Shown: piece by piece, positions 20,204 to 33,700 of the stretch
Position numbering within the stretch: position 1 is the stretch's first letter
Layout: the number at the start of each line of letters is the position of its first letter
NCBI GenBank assembly: GCA_023818695.1
Contig: JAMWCF010000001.1
Coordinates: forward strand, 467,306 to 531,305
Direction of reading: 5' to 3'
Source of the DNA: Candidatus Omnitrophota bacterium
Lineage (GTDB): Bacteria > Omnitrophota > Gorgyraeia > 1-14-0-20-64-10
DNA length: 64,000 nucleotides
Program-made: the position numbers and the translations under genes
The notes under the pieces: generated by a model
Told to the model about the DNA's origin: nothing
The model's input: only the letters and a program-made list of their open reading frames with translations
Database searches by the model: none

Positions 20204-20740
20204 TTAAGCGACTGCCTTGCCCGCTTTCCGGCGGACCACTTCACCCACATAGCGGATTCCCTTGCCCTTGTACGGCTCCGGCGGAGCGACGCCCCTGATC
20301 TTGGCCGCCAGCAGACCGACCAATGCCTTATCCGCCCCTTTGACGAAAACCTGCGTCGGCTTGGGTACTTCGATCGTGATGCCCGGCGGGATCGCGAAGA
20401 CAACCGGGTGGGTAAAACCGACATAAAGCTCCAACTTGCCGGCGGAAACCTGCGCTCGGAAACCGACCCCCTGAATCTCCAGTTCCTTGACATAGCCGTC
20501 CGAAACCCCTTTGACCATGTTATAGACAAGGGATCTCGTCAGGCCGTGAAGCGCTTTCGCTTTTTCGGTCTCGACTTCCCGCTTGACCACCAGTTTGTCA
20601 TCCGCCTTTTCAACGGCGATTCCAGCCGGAACCTGGTGGGACAGCTTCCCTTTGGGTCCTTCCACATCCACCCGTCCCTGCTGAAGGTTCACCTTGACCT
20701 GGGACGGCAGGGTGATCGGCAATCTACCGACCCGCGACAT
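20204..20740 (-). CDS. rplF: 50S ribosomal protein L6
   Basis: MSRVGRLPITLPSQVKV. Start moved to 20740. Confidence 0.95.
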   Translation of the reverse strand: MSRVGRLPITLPSQVKVNLQQGRVDVEGPKGKLSHQVPAGIAVEKADDKLVVKREVETEKAKALHGLTRSLVYNMVKGVSDGYVKELEIQGVGFRAQVSAGKLELYVGFTHPVVFAIPPGITIEVPKPTQVFVKGADKALVGLLAAKIRGVAPPEPYKGKGIRYVGEVVRRKAGKAVA

Positions 20741-20754
20741 GGCCTTTTCCTCCG

Positions 20755-21159
20755 TTACCATACATAGCAAAGCACCTCCCCGCCGACGCCCTCCTGGCGG
20801 GCCTGGTTGTCTGTCAGAACACCCTTGGGGGTAGAAAGGATAGCCACCCCTATCCCGGAAAGCACCTTGGGAACCCGAGATTTCTGGACGTAAATCCGCA
20901 ATCCCGGCTTGGAAACCCTCTTGACGTGGCGCAGAAGCGGCTTTCTATTTTTCCCGAGGTACTTCAAATAGATGCGCAGCGTTCCCTGCGCGGTGCCCTC
21001 TTTCAAAAGACGCCAATTCTGTATGAAGCCTTCCTGCTTAAGGGATTCCACGATGGCCGAGGCCAGTTTGGAAGCGGGCACGTCCACCTGCGCCCGCCCG
21101 GCCTGATTGGCGTTTCGAATCGCCACCAACATATCCCCGATAGGATCCGTTAAACTCAT
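20755..21159 (-). CDS. rpsH: 30S ribosomal protein S8
   Basis: MSLTDPIGDMLVAIRNA. Confidence 0.95.
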   Translation of the reverse strand: MSLTDPIGDMLVAIRNANQAGRAQVDVPASKLASAIVESLKQEGFIQNWRLLKEGTAQGTLRIYLKYLGKNRKPLLRHVKRVSKPGLRIYVQKSRVPKVLSGIGVAILSTPKGVLTDNQARQEGVGGEVLCYVW

Positions 21160-21185
21160 CGCTCTGTCTTCTCTTTCGTTTTAAT

Positions 21186-21371
21186 CTACCAGCTCGCTTT
21201 GACCACACCTGGAATTTCAGCCCGGTGGGCCATCTCACGGAAACAGATGCGGCAGAGCTGAAACTTCCTGTAAACGGCGGCCGCGCGGCCGCAGCGCAAG
21301 CAACGGCTGTATTTCCGAACCTGAAACTTCGGCTTGCGCTTCCAACGCTCAACCTGACTCTTCTTCGCCAT
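21186..21371 (-). CDS. rpsN: 30S ribosomal protein S14 type Z (zinc-binding)
   Basis: 61 aa with CLRCGR...CRIC. Confidence 0.95.
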   Translation of the reverse strand: MAKKSQVERWKRKPKFQVRKYSRCLRCGRAAAVYRKFQLCRICFREMAHRAEIPGVVKASW

Positions 21372-21373
21372 CT

Positions 21374-21955
21374 TTAAGACTTGCCTCTTTGTTTGAACGG
21401 CAACCCCAAATGCTGCAGAAGCTCCAAGGATTCTTCCCGCGTCTTGGCCGTTGTGCAGATAATCACATCCATTCCCTGAACCCGACTAACTTTATCGAAT
21501 TCGATCTCCGGAAAGATCAGCTGCTCGGTCAAACCGAAGGCGAAATTCCCACCCTGATCAAACCCTTTCGGCTCCAAACCCCGGAAATCCCGAATCCGAG
21601 GCATCGCGATGCTGGTCAGCCGATCGAAAAATTCGTACATCCGAGCCCGGCGCAACGTCACTTTCAACCCCACCGGGTTGCCTTTTTTAATCTTGAAGTT
21701 CGATATGGCGATTTTCGCCCGGGTGATAACCGGCTTCTGTCCCGTAATCAGCCCAAGCTCCACGGCGGCCTGTTCCACCAGTTTGACATCCTGGGCCCCC
21801 ACGCCGATCCCCATGTTGATGACAATCTTTGTCAGCCGGGGGACCTCCATGATGTTGCGGTAGCCGAACTTCTTCATCAAGGCCGGAGCGATCTCCTTCC
21901 GGTACTTTAAAAGCAACCGCGGAGGGGTGTTCACCACTTCAACCGCTTGGGCCAT
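21374..21955 (-). CDS. rplE: 50S ribosomal protein L5
   Basis: [30 protein letters not shown]. Start moved to 21955. Confidence 0.95.
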   Translation of the reverse strand: MAQAVEVVNTPPRLLLKYRKEIAPALMKKFGYRNIMEVPRLTKIVINMGIGVGAQDVKLVEQAAVELGLITGQKPVITRAKIAISNFKIKKGNPVGLKVTLRRARMYEFFDRLTSIAMPRIRDFRGLEPKGFDQGGNFAFGLTEQLIFPEIEFDKVSRVQGMDVIICTTAKTREESLELLQHLGLPFKQRGKS

Positions 21956-22266
21956 CAGAAACTCTCCTCGCACTTCCTGCAGATCCGCGCCTTAGAACCG
22001 TCGGGCATCACTTTGAACCCGACACGGACTCCCTGCTTACAGCGCGGGCACAGGGGCATTACCTTCCCCACCGGCAGAGGGCTTTCCTTCTCGAGAATGG
22101 CCCCTTGCGGCGCGTTCTGCGACTTTCTTGTGTGCCGCTTGATCAAATTGACCCCTTCCACCAGCACCCGGCCGTCGGAAGGGTACACGCGCAGGACCTT
22201 TCCCTTCTTCCCGCGGTTTTTGCCGCTCAACACCACCACCTGGTCGTCCCGCTTGACTCGAAACAT
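21955..22266 (-). CDS. rplX: 50S ribosomal protein L24 (with CxxC...CxxC C-terminus)
   Basis: KOW motif VKRDDQVVVLSGKNRGKKGKV. Confidence 0.95.
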   Translation of the reverse strand: MFRVKRDDQVVVLSGKNRGKKGKVLRVYPSDGRVLVEGVNLIKRHTRKSQNAPQGAILEKESPLPVGKVMPLCPRCKQGVRVGFKVMPDGSKARICRKCEESF

Positions 22267-22269
22267 CGC

Positions 22270-22638
22270 TTAAATCGCCTCCGGGGCCAGCGAAATGATT
22301 TTAGTAAACTGTTTTTCCCTCAATTCCCTCGCCACGGGTCCGAAAATCCGGGTTCCCCGAGGATTCTTTTGGGCGTCGATGATAACGATCGCGTTCGAAT
22401 CGAAACGGATGTACGAACCATCGACCCTGTGGATCGGCTGCCGGGTGCGCACAACCACGGCCTCCACCACCTCTCCCTTCTTGATCGCCGAATCAGGCGC
22501 CACTTCCTTGACGTTCGCTTTGATGATGTCCCCGACTTCAGCCCACAGCTTCCCGTGCCGGTGGAGCACCCCTATCATGGACGCGCGTTTGACGCCGGTA
22601 TTGTCAGCGATATCCAAAATAGACCGCATCCGGATCAT
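22270..22638 (-). CDS. rplN: 50S ribosomal protein L14
   Basis: [17 protein letters not shown]. Start moved to 22638, with an ATGA overlap with rpsQ. Confidence 0.95.
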   Translation of the reverse strand: MIRMRSILDIADNTGVKRASMIGVLHRHGKLWAEVGDIIKANVKEVAPDSAIKKGEVVEAVVVRTRQPIHRVDGSYIRFDSNAIVIIDAQKNPRGTRIFGPVARELREKQFTKIISLAPEAI

Positions 22639-22907
22639 CGGGCCGCCTCCACCGCTTCCTTCTTCACGCCGCGGTTGACGATCTCCACGAGACGCCACCG
22701 CTTATCTTTGGAAAGGGGCCTCGTCTCCTCGATGCGGACCTCGTCTCCAGCATGGGCCTCCGAGTTCGGGTCATGGACCTTGTATTTTTGAAAACGCCTG
22801 ATGACACGCTTGTATTTCGGATGACTGACAACGCGGGTCACCCGAACCACCAGGGTCTTCATCATCCGGTCAGAAACCACCGTCCCAACCAGTTGTTTGC
22901 GTGCCAT
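22635..22907 (-). CDS. rpsQ: 30S ribosomal protein S17
   Basis: [18 protein letters not shown]...HPKYKR. Confidence 0.95.
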   Translation of the reverse strand: MARKQLVGTVVSDRMMKTLVVRVTRVVSHPKYKRVIRRFQKYKVHDPNSEAHAGDEVRIEETRPLSKDKRWRLVEIVNRGVKKEAVEAAR

Positions 22908-22908
22908 G

Positions 22909-23139
22909 TCAATTCTTCCTTCCTGAAGAAGCGGCGTCCTTCTGCGTTTCCGCGGGTTCGTTCAACAAAGTCAGCACCCTGGCGATGTCCCGGCGGAGCA
23001 GCCGGAACCGGTGCGTCTTGTCGACCTTGCCGGCAGCCGCCTGCATTCTTAAATCCAGCAGTTCCTTTTTCATACCCGCCAGCTTCTGCTTCAACTCTTC
23101 TGTGTTCATCGCCCCGAAATCCACCGTCGTCTTCGCCAT
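22909..23139 (-). CDS. rpmC: 50S ribosomal protein L29
   Basis: ELKQKLAGMKKELLDLRMQ, plus operon position. Confidence 0.9.
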   Translation of the reverse strand: MAKTTVDFGAMNTEELKQKLAGMKKELLDLRMQAAAGKVDKTHRFRLLRRDIARVLTLLNEPAETQKDAASSGRKN

Positions 23140-23151
23140 GCTCGTTTCCTT

Positions 23152-23574
23152 TTAACCGGCCATCGTGGAACGGGAAATAAACCGGGTCCGCAGCGGCAGC
23201 TTCACCGCCGCCAGGCGCAAAGCCGTCCTGGCCAATTCTTCCGGGATTCCCTCCATTTCAATAAGCACTTTCCCTCGCCGGACGACCGCCACCCAGAACT
23301 CCGGCATCCCTTTGCCTTTCCCCATGCGGGTTTCGGCCGGCTTTTTCGTCACCGGCTTGTCCGGGAAAACCCGCATGTAGACCCGTCCCCCGCGCCGAAT
23401 ATGCCGCGTGAGGGCGACCCTGGCGGCCTCCAGCTGGGTGTTGGTAATCCAGCCGTTCTCAAGGGACTGGATCCCGAATTCCCCGAAATTCATGAGGTAG
23501 CCGCGCGTCGCTAATCCCGCCCGGTTGCGCCGCTGGGCTTTCCTGTATTTAACCCTCTTGGGAATGAACGCCAC
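23152..23574 (-). CDS. rplP: 50S ribosomal protein L16
   Basis: [12 protein letters not shown]...MGKGKG. Confidence 0.95.
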   Translation of the reverse strand: MAFIPKRVKYRKAQRRNRAGLATRGYLMNFGEFGIQSLENGWITNTQLEAARVALTRHIRRGGRVYMRVFPDKPVTKKPAETRMGKGKGMPEFWVAVVRRGKVLIEMEGIPEELARTALRLAAVKLPLRTRFISRSTMAG

Positions 23575-23578
23575 GTGA

Positions 23579-24286
23579 CTATCCTTTCAAAGGCGCCTGT
23601 TGTTCCGGATAACGCAGCTCCGCCGCTTCATCCCGCTGGCCCGACGCCGCCTGTTTTTGAGATGGGGCCTCCTCCTTGTAAATCCACGCCTTCACGCCAA
23701 TGGCGCCGTAAGTGGTCCTCGCCTCACAAAAACCGAAGTCGATATCCGCCCGAAAAGTCCCCAGAGGTATCTTGCCCTCCCTGTAGCTCTCGACGCGGGA
23801 CATCTCGGCGCCGCCCAACCGCCCGGCGCACCGAATCCGGACCCCCTTGCCTCCCGAGGTCATCGCCACCTGAACAGCCCGCTTCATGGCCCTCCGAAAA
23901 CCGATCTGCTTCTCCAACTGGAAAGCGACGTTCTCGGCGATCAACTGAGCATCGATAGCCGGATTCTTAACCTCTTTGATGTCAATCGCCATTTCGCGGC
24001 CGGTCTTCGCATGCAGCTCTTCCCGCAGCCGGTCGATGTCGGCCCCGCGGCGGCCTATGATGATCCCGGGGCGCGCGGAATGGATGATGACCCGAACCTT
24101 GCTGGGGGTCCGCTCAATCTCAATCTTTGAAATCGCCGCGTTTGAAAGACTCTTCTTGATATGATGCCGGATTTTCTCGTCTTCCATCAACAGCCGGCCG
24201 AAACTCTGTTTTTTGGAAAACCAGCGGGAGTTCCATGTCCGGTTGATCTGCAGCCGGTTGGCCAGCGGGGGTACCTTATGACCCAT
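23579..24286 (-). CDS. rpsC: 30S ribosomal protein S3
   Basis: [23 protein letters not shown] and a KH domain. Confidence 0.95.
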   Translation of the reverse strand: MGHKVPPLANRLQINRTWNSRWFSKKQSFGRLLMEDEKIRHHIKKSLSNAAISKIEIERTPSKVRVIIHSARPGIIIGRRGADIDRLREELHAKTGREMAIDIKEVKNPAIDAQLIAENVAFQLEKQIGFRRAMKRAVQVAMTSGGKGVRIRCAGRLGGAEMSRVESYREGKIPLGTFRADIDFGFCEARTTYGAIGVKAWIYKEEAPSQKQAASGQRDEAAELRYPEQQAPLKG

Positions 24287-24632
24287 CGGTCGCCTTTCCT
24301 TTCTTCACATCCAATTCAATCGTTAAATGGGAAAACTTCTTCCGGATGATGACCCCTCTTCCCATCGACGCCGCCCGGAGCCGTTTCATGACGGGCCCCT
24401 GATCTGTCATGATCTTGGAGATCACCAACTGCTCCTCCGTCCAGGCGCCGCCGCGCGTCGCATTGGTTACGGCGCTGCGAAAAACCTTCTCGATCGGCCG
24501 GGCGGCCCCCTTCGGCAAGTGCCGCAGGAGAGCGCCGGCCCGGGGAACGTCGAGCCCGCGGATCAATCTCGCCACCGCCCGAATCTTGCGGGGAGCCACC
24601 GGAATGTATTTGCCCTTCGCTTGTGAAATCAT
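24276..24632 (-). CDS. rplV: 50S ribosomal protein L22
   Basis: VAPRKIRAVARLIRG. Confidence 0.95.
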   Translation of the reverse strand: MISQAKGKYIPVAPRKIRAVARLIRGLDVPRAGALLRHLPKGAARPIEKVFRSAVTNATRGGAWTEEQLVISKIMTDQGPVMKRLRAASMGRGVIIRKKFSHLTIELDVKKGKATDGS

Positions 24633-24664
24633 CTTCTTCGATACCCCTGCTTAAGCATCAACCA

Positions 24665-24952
24665 TTACGTGGGAGAAGGCGGCTTGGTGACACCCTTGAC
24701 CCCATGCTTCTTGAATATCCGAGTCGGAGCAAATTCACCCAGCTTATGTCCCACCATGTTCTCCGTAATGAAAACAGGCAGAAACTTCGCCCCGTTATGG
24801 ACCAGGAAAGTAAACCCTACAAACTCCGGAGTGACCGTCGACCGCCTGGACCAGGTCTTGATCGGTTTTCGGTCCCCTCCCTTGATCATCTTTTCGATCT
24901 TTTCCAGCAGATGCTGGTCCACGAAAGCCCCTTTTTTCGTTGATCGTGACAT
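24665..24952 (-). CDS. rpsS: 30S ribosomal protein S19
   Basis: [19 protein letters not shown]...[11 protein letters not shown]. Confidence 0.95.
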   Translation of the reverse strand: MSRSTKKGAFVDQHLLEKIEKMIKGGDRKPIKTWSRRSTVTPEFVGFTFLVHNGAKFLPVFITENMVGHKLGEFAPTRIFKKHGVKGVTKPPSPT

Positions 24953-24954
24953 CC

Positions 24955-25782
24955 TTACCGCCGCCGTTTCACAATGTATTTGTTAGAAGTCTTCCGTTTA
25001 TGCCGCGTCTTAAATCCTTTTGTCCCCCATCCCCAGGGAGAAACAGGATGAGGGTTCCCTTGGCCGGACTTGCCTTCGCCGCCGCCGTGCGGATGATCGT
25101 GCGGGTTCATCGCGATGCCGCGTACATTCGGCCGGCGCCCCAGCCAGCGGCTCCGGCCGGCTTTGCCTAAGGAGATGGTGTTGTGCTCTTCATGGCCCAG
25201 CTGGCCGATGGTGGCGTAGCAGTTCTGGGCGACCATCCGTATTTCCCCGGAAGGCAGCCGCAGCGTCACCAGCTCCCCCTCCTTGGCCAATAACTGCGCT
25301 ACCCCGCCGGCGGAGCGGACCATCTGCCCCCCCCTGCCCGGCTGTAGCTCAATGTTGTGCACCATCGTTCCCAGAGGGATGTTTTTCAATGGCAGGGCGT
25401 TCCCGGTTGCAATCTCTGCCCCTTCCCCCGCCATGATCTGGGCACCCACCGTCAGTTCTTTCGGGGCCAAAATGTACCGACGCTCCTGATCCGCGTACTC
25501 GACCAGGGCCAACCGCGCAGATCGGTTTGGATCGTATTCGATGGCGACGACGCGGGCCGGCATATCCCTCTTATCCCGTTTGAAGTCGACCAGACGAATC
25601 ATCCTCTTATGGCCGCCGCCGCGGTGCCTGGCCGTCACCCGGCCCCGGTTGTTGCGTCCGCCGGTCCGTTGGCGGGGAGCCAACAGCCGTTTCTCCGGTT
25701 CACTTTTTGTGATCTCCTCGAAGGAGGCCGTTGTCATGTGCCTCCGGGAAGGCGTGTATGGTTTGTATGTTTTAACAGGCAT
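24955..25782 (-). CDS. rplB: 50S ribosomal protein L2
   Basis: [17 protein letters not shown]...HPHGGGEG. Start moved to 25782. Confidence 0.95.
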   Translation of the reverse strand: MPVKTYKPYTPSRRHMTTASFEEITKSEPEKRLLAPRQRTGGRNNRGRVTARHRGGGHKRMIRLVDFKRDKRDMPARVVAIEYDPNRSARLALVEYADQERRYILAPKELTVGAQIMAGEGAEIATGNALPLKNIPLGTMVHNIELQPGRGGQMVRSAGGVAQLLAKEGELVTLRLPSGEIRMVAQNCYATIGQLGHEEHNTISLGKAGRSRWLGRRPNVRGIAMNPHDHPHGGGEGKSGQGNPHPVSPWGWGTKGFKTRHKRKTSNKYIVKRRR

Positions 25783-26066
25783 TAGGTCGCCACCTCGAGC
25801 TTGGACCCTTCCGCCAAGGTCACCACGGCCCTCTTCCAGTTGGAACGCAGTCCCCACCGGTAACGGACCCGCAACGGCTTGCCGGGCATATTGCTGGTGC
25901 TGACCTTCTCTACCTTCACCTTAAAAAGATCCTCCACGGCCCGCTTGATCTCAGGCTTAGTCGCCTTCACATCCACGGCGAAGAAGTATTTTCGATGCTT
26001 TTCCAGACCGGTCCCCTTCTCCGTTCTCATCAACTCCTTGATAACATCCGCCGATAACCTGTTCAT
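25782..26066 (-). CDS. rplW: 50S ribosomal protein L23
   Basis: Sequence and operon position ([20 protein letters not shown]). Confidence 0.95.
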   Translation of the reverse strand: MNRLSADVIKELMRTEKGTGLEKHRKYFFAVDVKATKPEIKRAVEDLFKVKVEKVSTSNMPGKPLRVRYRWGLRSNWKRAVVTLAEGSKLEVAT

Positions 26067-26683
26067 GCGACCACCCCCTCCAACTCCTTCAATCCCTGTG
26101 CGCTCAAAACCAGACGGGGATGGGCCAGCACATCGTAGCAGTTCAGATCCCGGGCCGGTTTGACCGACACCAGAGGGATATTCCTGGCAATCCGGGCGAG
26201 CTGCGTGTTCGGCTGATCCACTACCAGCAGCGCGCCGCCCGACACGCGCAGCTTTTTCAACAGCTGGGCTAAAGACTTCGTCTTCGGTTCCAATCCCTCA
26301 AAAGATTCCACGGCCAGCATGGCCTTCTCGGAAACCTTGACCCGCAGGCTGTTCACCAGAGCTTTCCGACGGATAGCGGCCGGCAGGGAGTACCTGTATT
26401 CCCTCGGATGCGGCCCGAAAACGATGCCGCCCTTGCGCCAGATCGGCGAACGGATCGTCCCATGCCTGGCCTGCCCGGTATGCTTTTGCCTCCACGGCTT
26501 CTTCCCGCCACCCCGGACCTCGCCACGGGTCTTCGTGTCGGCGTTGCCCTCCCGCTGGTTTGCCAAATACATCCGCACCGCCTGCCACAAGATGTCCTGG
26601 CTCACAGGCCCTTCCAAGGCAGCCGGCAGAGAAAGCTCCCCGACGACTTTCCCTTCCAGGTTGTGAAGCTCAATCGAAGGCAT
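26063..26683 (-). CDS. rplD: 50S ribosomal protein L4
   Basis: RGGGKKPWRQKHTGQARHGTIRSPIWRKGG. Confidence 0.95.
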   Translation of the reverse strand: MPSIELHNLEGKVVGELSLPAALEGPVSQDILWQAVRMYLANQREGNADTKTRGEVRGGGKKPWRQKHTGQARHGTIRSPIWRKGGIVFGPHPREYRYSLPAAIRRKALVNSLRVKVSEKAMLAVESFEGLEPKTKSLAQLLKKLRVSGGALLVVDQPNTQLARIARNIPLVSVKPARDLNCYDVLAHPRLVLSAQGLKELEGVVA

Positions 26684-27435
26684 TACTTCTTCGCCCCTCC
26701 TTTGGGAGCGGCAGCCCCCTTCGCCGCGGCGGCTGCCTTGGCGGCAGCCGGCGCCGCTGTCTTCTTCTTAGCCGGTTGCACGATGACGGCCGACGATCTC
26801 GGTTTCTTCCTCGACTTGCGAATGAAGAGGATCCCCTTGTTATGGCCCGGAACAGATCCTTTCACCAAAAGGAGGTGATTTGCGGCGTCGACACGGATCA
26901 CCTCCACCGCCTGCGTCGTGACCCTTCTGGCGGCCATCCGACCCGGCAGGTGGTGCCCTTTGTACACCCGGCCCGGCGTGGTGGTGGAACCGATTGATCC
27001 CGGAGCCCGGTGAGACATCGAACCGTGCGTTTGAGGGCCACCCTTCCAATGCCAGCGCTTCACCCCTCCCTGAAAACCCTTTCCGATCGATGTTCCAGTG
27101 ATGTCCACCCGATCGCCCGGCTTGAAGATGTCGACCGAAACGACAGCGCCGACCTCATACTTCTGGTCTTCGGGCAGCCGAAACTCTCCGAGAACCTGCT
27201 TGACCGTCACGCCCGCTTTCTTGAAATGACCGATGACCGCTTTCGTCATCCTGGCTTCCTTCGCATCCGAGAACCCGAGCTGAACCGCCTTGTAGCCATC
27301 CTTTTCAGGGGACTTGGCTTGCACCACCGTGCAAGGCCCTGCTTCTAGAACGGAAACCGGCACAACACGGCCGTCCGGATGGAAGACGTTCGTCATCCCC
27401 AACTTCCTGCCTATCAATCCGATCCCGGGTTTCAT
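26683..27435 (-). CDS. rplC: 50S ribosomal protein L3 (Ala/Lys-rich C-terminal tail)
   Basis: GLIGRKLGMT...GKGFQGGVKRW. Confidence 0.95.
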   Translation of the reverse strand: MKPGIGLIGRKLGMTNVFHPDGRVVPVSVLEAGPCTVVQAKSPEKDGYKAVQLGFSDAKEARMTKAVIGHFKKAGVTVKQVLGEFRLPEDQKYEVGAVVSVDIFKPGDRVDITGTSIGKGFQGGVKRWHWKGGPQTHGSMSHRAPGSIGSTTTPGRVYKGHHLPGRMAARRVTTQAVEVIRVDAANHLLLVKGSVPGHNKGILFIRKSRKKPRSSAVIVQPAKKKTAAPAAAKAAAAAKGAAAPKGGAKK

Positions 27436-27446
27436 TCCATGCAGTC

Positions 27447-27755
27447 CTATTTGATTTCGACGTCCACGCCGGCCGGAAGATCCAGCTTCCGGAGAGCGTC
27501 GATTGTTTTGGAGGTCGGGTTCATAATGTCCAGCAGCCGCTTATGAGTTTTCATCTGGAACTGCTCCCGTGACTTCTTATCGACATGAGGGGACCGCAGA
27601 ACGGTGTAGATCTCCCTGCGAGTCGGAAGGGGGATTGGTCCCGACACCTCCGCCCCGGTCCGCCGCGCGGATTCCACAATCTCCGCCATCGACTGATCCA
27701 GCAGACGATGGTCGTAAGCCTTTAATTTGATCCTGATCTTGCGTTCACCAGACAT
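27447..27755 (-). CDS. rpsJ: 30S ribosomal protein S10
   Basis: [16 protein letters not shown]. Confidence 0.95.
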   Translation of the reverse strand: MSGERKIRIKLKAYDHRLLDQSMAEIVESARRTGAEVSGPIPLPTRREIYTVLRSPHVDKKSREQFQMKTHKRLLDIMNPTSKTIDALRKLDLPAGVDVEIK

Positions 27756-27764
27756 AGTCCCCTC

Positions 27765-29864
<2,100 letters not shown>

Positions 29865-29877
29865 CGTCTTCCCATTA

Positions 29878-30348
29878 TTACCACCGGTAATGACTGAAAG
29901 CCTTGTTGGCTTCAGCCGACCGGTGCATATCGTCTTTCTTCTTGACCGCGGAACCCTGCCCCTGGTAGGCCGCCATAAACTCTTCCGCCAACCGGTCCTT
30001 CATCGGCTTGCCGGTCCGGCTCCTGGCGAAATCGCGCAGCCACCGCATGGCCAGAAAAGTTCCCCGGTCCTGCCGGACCTCCACGGGGACCTGATAGGTG
30101 GCCCCTCCCACCCGGCGCGCCTTTACTTCCACATGGGGGCGGGCGTTTTCCAGCGCCTTCTGAAAAACTTCAAGCCGGTTCTCGACCTTCAACTTTTCCG
30201 CCGCCATATCCAGCGCGTCGTAAACGATTCTCTCGGCAATCGATTTCTTGCCCCTCATCATCGTCATGTTGATGAACTTCTGAACGGCCCGCGAATTGTA
30301 TTTCGCGTCCGGAAGAGACTGTCTTTTCCCAGACTGTTTCTTGCGCAC
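29878..30348 (-). CDS. rpsG: 30S ribosomal protein S7
   Basis: [29 protein letters not shown] start at 30348 lies 4 nt after the rpsL stop. The track's upstream extension overlaps rpsL. Confidence 0.9.
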   Translation of the reverse strand: MRKKQSGKRQSLPDAKYNSRAVQKFINMTMMRGKKSIAERIVYDALDMAAEKLKVENRLEVFQKALENARPHVEVKARRVGGATYQVPVEVRQDRGTFLAMRWLRDFARSRTGKPMKDRLAEEFMAAYQGQGSAVKKKDDMHRSAEANKAFSHYRW

Positions 30349-30352
30349 TTTT

Positions 30353-30730
30353 TTATTCCTTCGGCCTTTTGGCCCCGTATTTCGACCTCGACTTGCGGCG
30401 GTTGTTGACGCCAGCCGAGTCCAAGGTCCCGCGGACGATGTGGTAGCGGACCCCCGGCAAATCCTTGACGCGCCCACCGCGCACCAGAACGATCGAGTGC
30501 TCCTGGAGATTATGCCCCTCGCCCGGAATGTAGGCGGTCACTTCCGTTTTATTCGTCAGACGCACGCGGGCGATTTTCCGAAGGGCCGAGTTCGGCTTCT
30601 TTGGCGTCATGGTGCGCACCTGGACGCACACGCCGCGGACTTGAGGCCGCGCTTCCAAAGCGGGCGATTTCGAACGCTTTCTTCTCTCTTTTCTTCCTTT
30701 GCGGATCAGCTGCGCGATTGTCGGACACAT
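30353..30730 (-). CDS. rpsL: 30S ribosomal protein S12
   Basis: [11 protein letters not shown]...[10 protein letters not shown]. Confidence 0.95.
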   Translation of the reverse strand: MCPTIAQLIRKGRKERRKRSKSPALEARPQVRGVCVQVRTMTPKKPNSALRKIARVRLTNKTEVTAYIPGEGHNLQEHSIVLVRGGRVKDLPGVRYHIVRGTLDSAGVNNRRKSRSKYGAKRPKE

Positions 30731-30736
30731 GGCCGG

Positions 30737-33700
30737 TTAAGTATTTTCCTCCCCGTTGTCTGCCTTTTCCGCCTCCGGCAAAGTCTCCTGCGGCGGCTCC
30801 TCTGGAGCGTGCTTGACCACCTCCATGTGACTGTGGTCTGCGAAACCGGTCCCCACAGGCACCAGGTGCCCCATGATGACGTTCTCCTTCAATCCCACCA
30901 GATCGTCCCTCTTCCCGGAGGCAGCCGCCTCCGTCAGGATCCGAGTGGTTTCCTGAAAGCTGGCGGCCGAGATGAAGCTCTCGGTGGACAGGGAGGCCTT
31001 GGTGATCCCTAAGAGCAGCTGCGTCGCGGAAGCCGGCTTTCCGCCCCTCTTCGACACCCGTTCGTTCTCCTCCTGGAAGCGCCACTTGTCGACCTGGCTG
31101 CCGACCAGGAACTCCGTGTCCCCGGCGTCATCGATGCGCACCTTGCGCAGCATCTGGCGGACGATCACCTCGATATGCTTGTCGTTGATCCGCACGCCCT
31201 GAAGGCGGTACACCTCCTGGATCTCATTGACGAGGTACTCCTGCAGCTTTTTGTCCCCTCCGATCCGGAGGATGTCCTGCGGGACGATCGGCCCGTCGAT
31301 CAGCGGCTGGCCCGATACCACCCAGTCTCCCTTGTAGACATTCAGGTGCTTTCCATGTGGGATCACATACTCCCGCTTCATGCCGGTCGGGCTCTTGATG
31401 ATAACCCTGCGCTGTCCCTTCTTCGCTTCACCGAACTCGACCACTCCGTCGATTTCGCTGATGATGGCCGGATCTTTAGGGCGACGGGCCTCAAACAGCT
31501 CCGCCACGCGGGGCAGACCGCCGGTGATGTCTTTCGTCTTCGTCATTACGCGCGGAGTCTTCGCCAGCAGGTCCCCGGCCTCCACCTTCTGGCCGTCCTT
31601 CACGACCACATGAGCGCCGGCCGGAATCGGATAGATCGCCAAAACCTCCCCCTGGTTGTCCTCAAGCACCAGTTGGGGATGGAAATCGCCCCTGTGCTCC
31701 ATCACGATCCGGTCGGGAAGGCCGGTCGTCGGGTCGATGTCCGTCCGCACGGTGATCCCCTCCTTCAGATCCTCGAACCGAACCTTTCCGCCACCTTCCG
31801 TCAGAATCGGGACGGTGTACGGGTCCCACCGGATAAAAACTTCATCCTTGTTGATCTTGTCCCCATCCACGTGCTTCAGGATGGCCCCGGAAGGCACGAC
31901 GTACCGCTCCAGCTCCCTGGCGTTCTCATCATTGATGGAAACCTGGCCGTTGCGGTTGAGAACCACGTAATCCTTGCCCTTCTGAACGTAGCGGACATTG
32001 TGTAACTTCAAAAATCCTTTGTTCTTGGCCTTGATCTGGGAGGTTTCCACAACCCGGAAAGCGGTCCCGCCGATGTGGAATGTCCTCATCGTCAGCTGGG
32101 TTCCCGGTTCGCCGATCGACTGGGCGGCGACGATCCCGACCGCCTCCCCCAAATCGACCAACCGGCCGGTGGCGAGATCTCGGCCGTAACATTTCACACA
32201 CACGCCGCGTTTCGATTCGCAGGTCAGGACCGACCGGATCCGGATCTTCTCGATGCCGGCCTGTTCAATCTTCTCGGCGATCTCTTCCGTGATCTCATTA
32301 CCCGCCTCGATGATGATGGTGTCGGTGATGACATCGGCGATGTTATCCAGCACGACGCGGCCGATGATCCTCTCTTTCAAAGGCACCACCACCTCATCTC
32401 CCTCCACGATGGCGCTGATCAGAATCCCGTTCAGAGTGCCACAGTCAACCTCCGACACCGACACATCCTGCGCCACATCGACCAGACGGCGCGTCAGGTA
32501 GCCGGAGTCGGCGGTCTTCAGCGCCGTGTCGGCCAACCCTTTGCGGGCCCCGTGGGTTGATATGAAATACTCCAGCACGGTCAGCCCCTCCCGAAAATTG
32601 GCGGTGATCGGACTCTCGATGATTTCACCGGACGGCTTGGCCATGAGCCCTCGCATCCCCGCCAGCTGACGGATCTGCTGCTTGGAACCCCGGGCGCCGG
32701 AATCGGCCATGAGATAGACGGAGTTGAACGGATCCATCTCGGTGAAAATTAAGTCGGACACCTTGTCGGTGGCGTGCGTCCAGATGTCGATGACCTTGTT
32801 GTAGCGCTCGCCATCGGTGATCAAACCCTTGCGGTACTGGTCTTCCACCTGGGCAACTTCCGCCCGGGCGTCCTGGATGATTCGGCTTTTGTCCTTCGGA
32901 ATCTGCAGGTTGTCCACGCAGATGGACAATCCTCCGCGCGTGGCCATCTCAAAACCCAGGCGCTTGAGGACATCCAGCGTCTTGACGGTTTCCGTGTGCC
33001 CGAACTGTTTGTAGACCTGAATCACCAGGTCGCTCAAGGCCTTCTTATCCATCACATGGTTCTGGAAAGGGATCTTCACGGGCAGCTGGCTGTTAAAATA
33101 GATCCTCCCCACCGACGTTTCGATCCACTGGCCGTTGTCCCAGTATTTGACTTTCGTGTGAAGCGTCACATCTCCCTCTTCATACGCCAGAAGGGCCTCT
33201 TCCGCGGAACCGAAGGCGGCCCCCTCCCCTTTCGCCTTATTCTGGATACGCGTCAGATACGAACAACCCAAGACGATATCCTGGGTCGGAGTGACGATCG
33301 GCTGGCCGTTGGACGGGGAAAAGATGTTGTTGGTAGACATCATCAGCAGCCGCGCTTCCATCTGTGCCTCGATGGAAAGAGGAACATGGACCGCCATCTG
33401 GTCGCCGTCGAAATCGGCGTTGAAGGCGGTGCAAACCAGCGGATGGATCTTGATGGCTTTCCCTTCGATCAGGATCGGCTCAAAGGCCTGAATCCCGAGT
33501 CGGTGAAGTGTGGGCGCCCGGTTGAGCATCACCGGATGGTCCCGGATGACCTCTTCCAAGATATCCCACACCTCCAGACGAGCCCTTTCCACCATCCGCT
33601 TGGCCGATTTGATGGTATGGACGAACCCGCGCTCACGCAGCTTCTTGATGATGAACGGTTCGAACAGCTCCAGCGCCATCTTTTTCGGCAGACCGCACTG

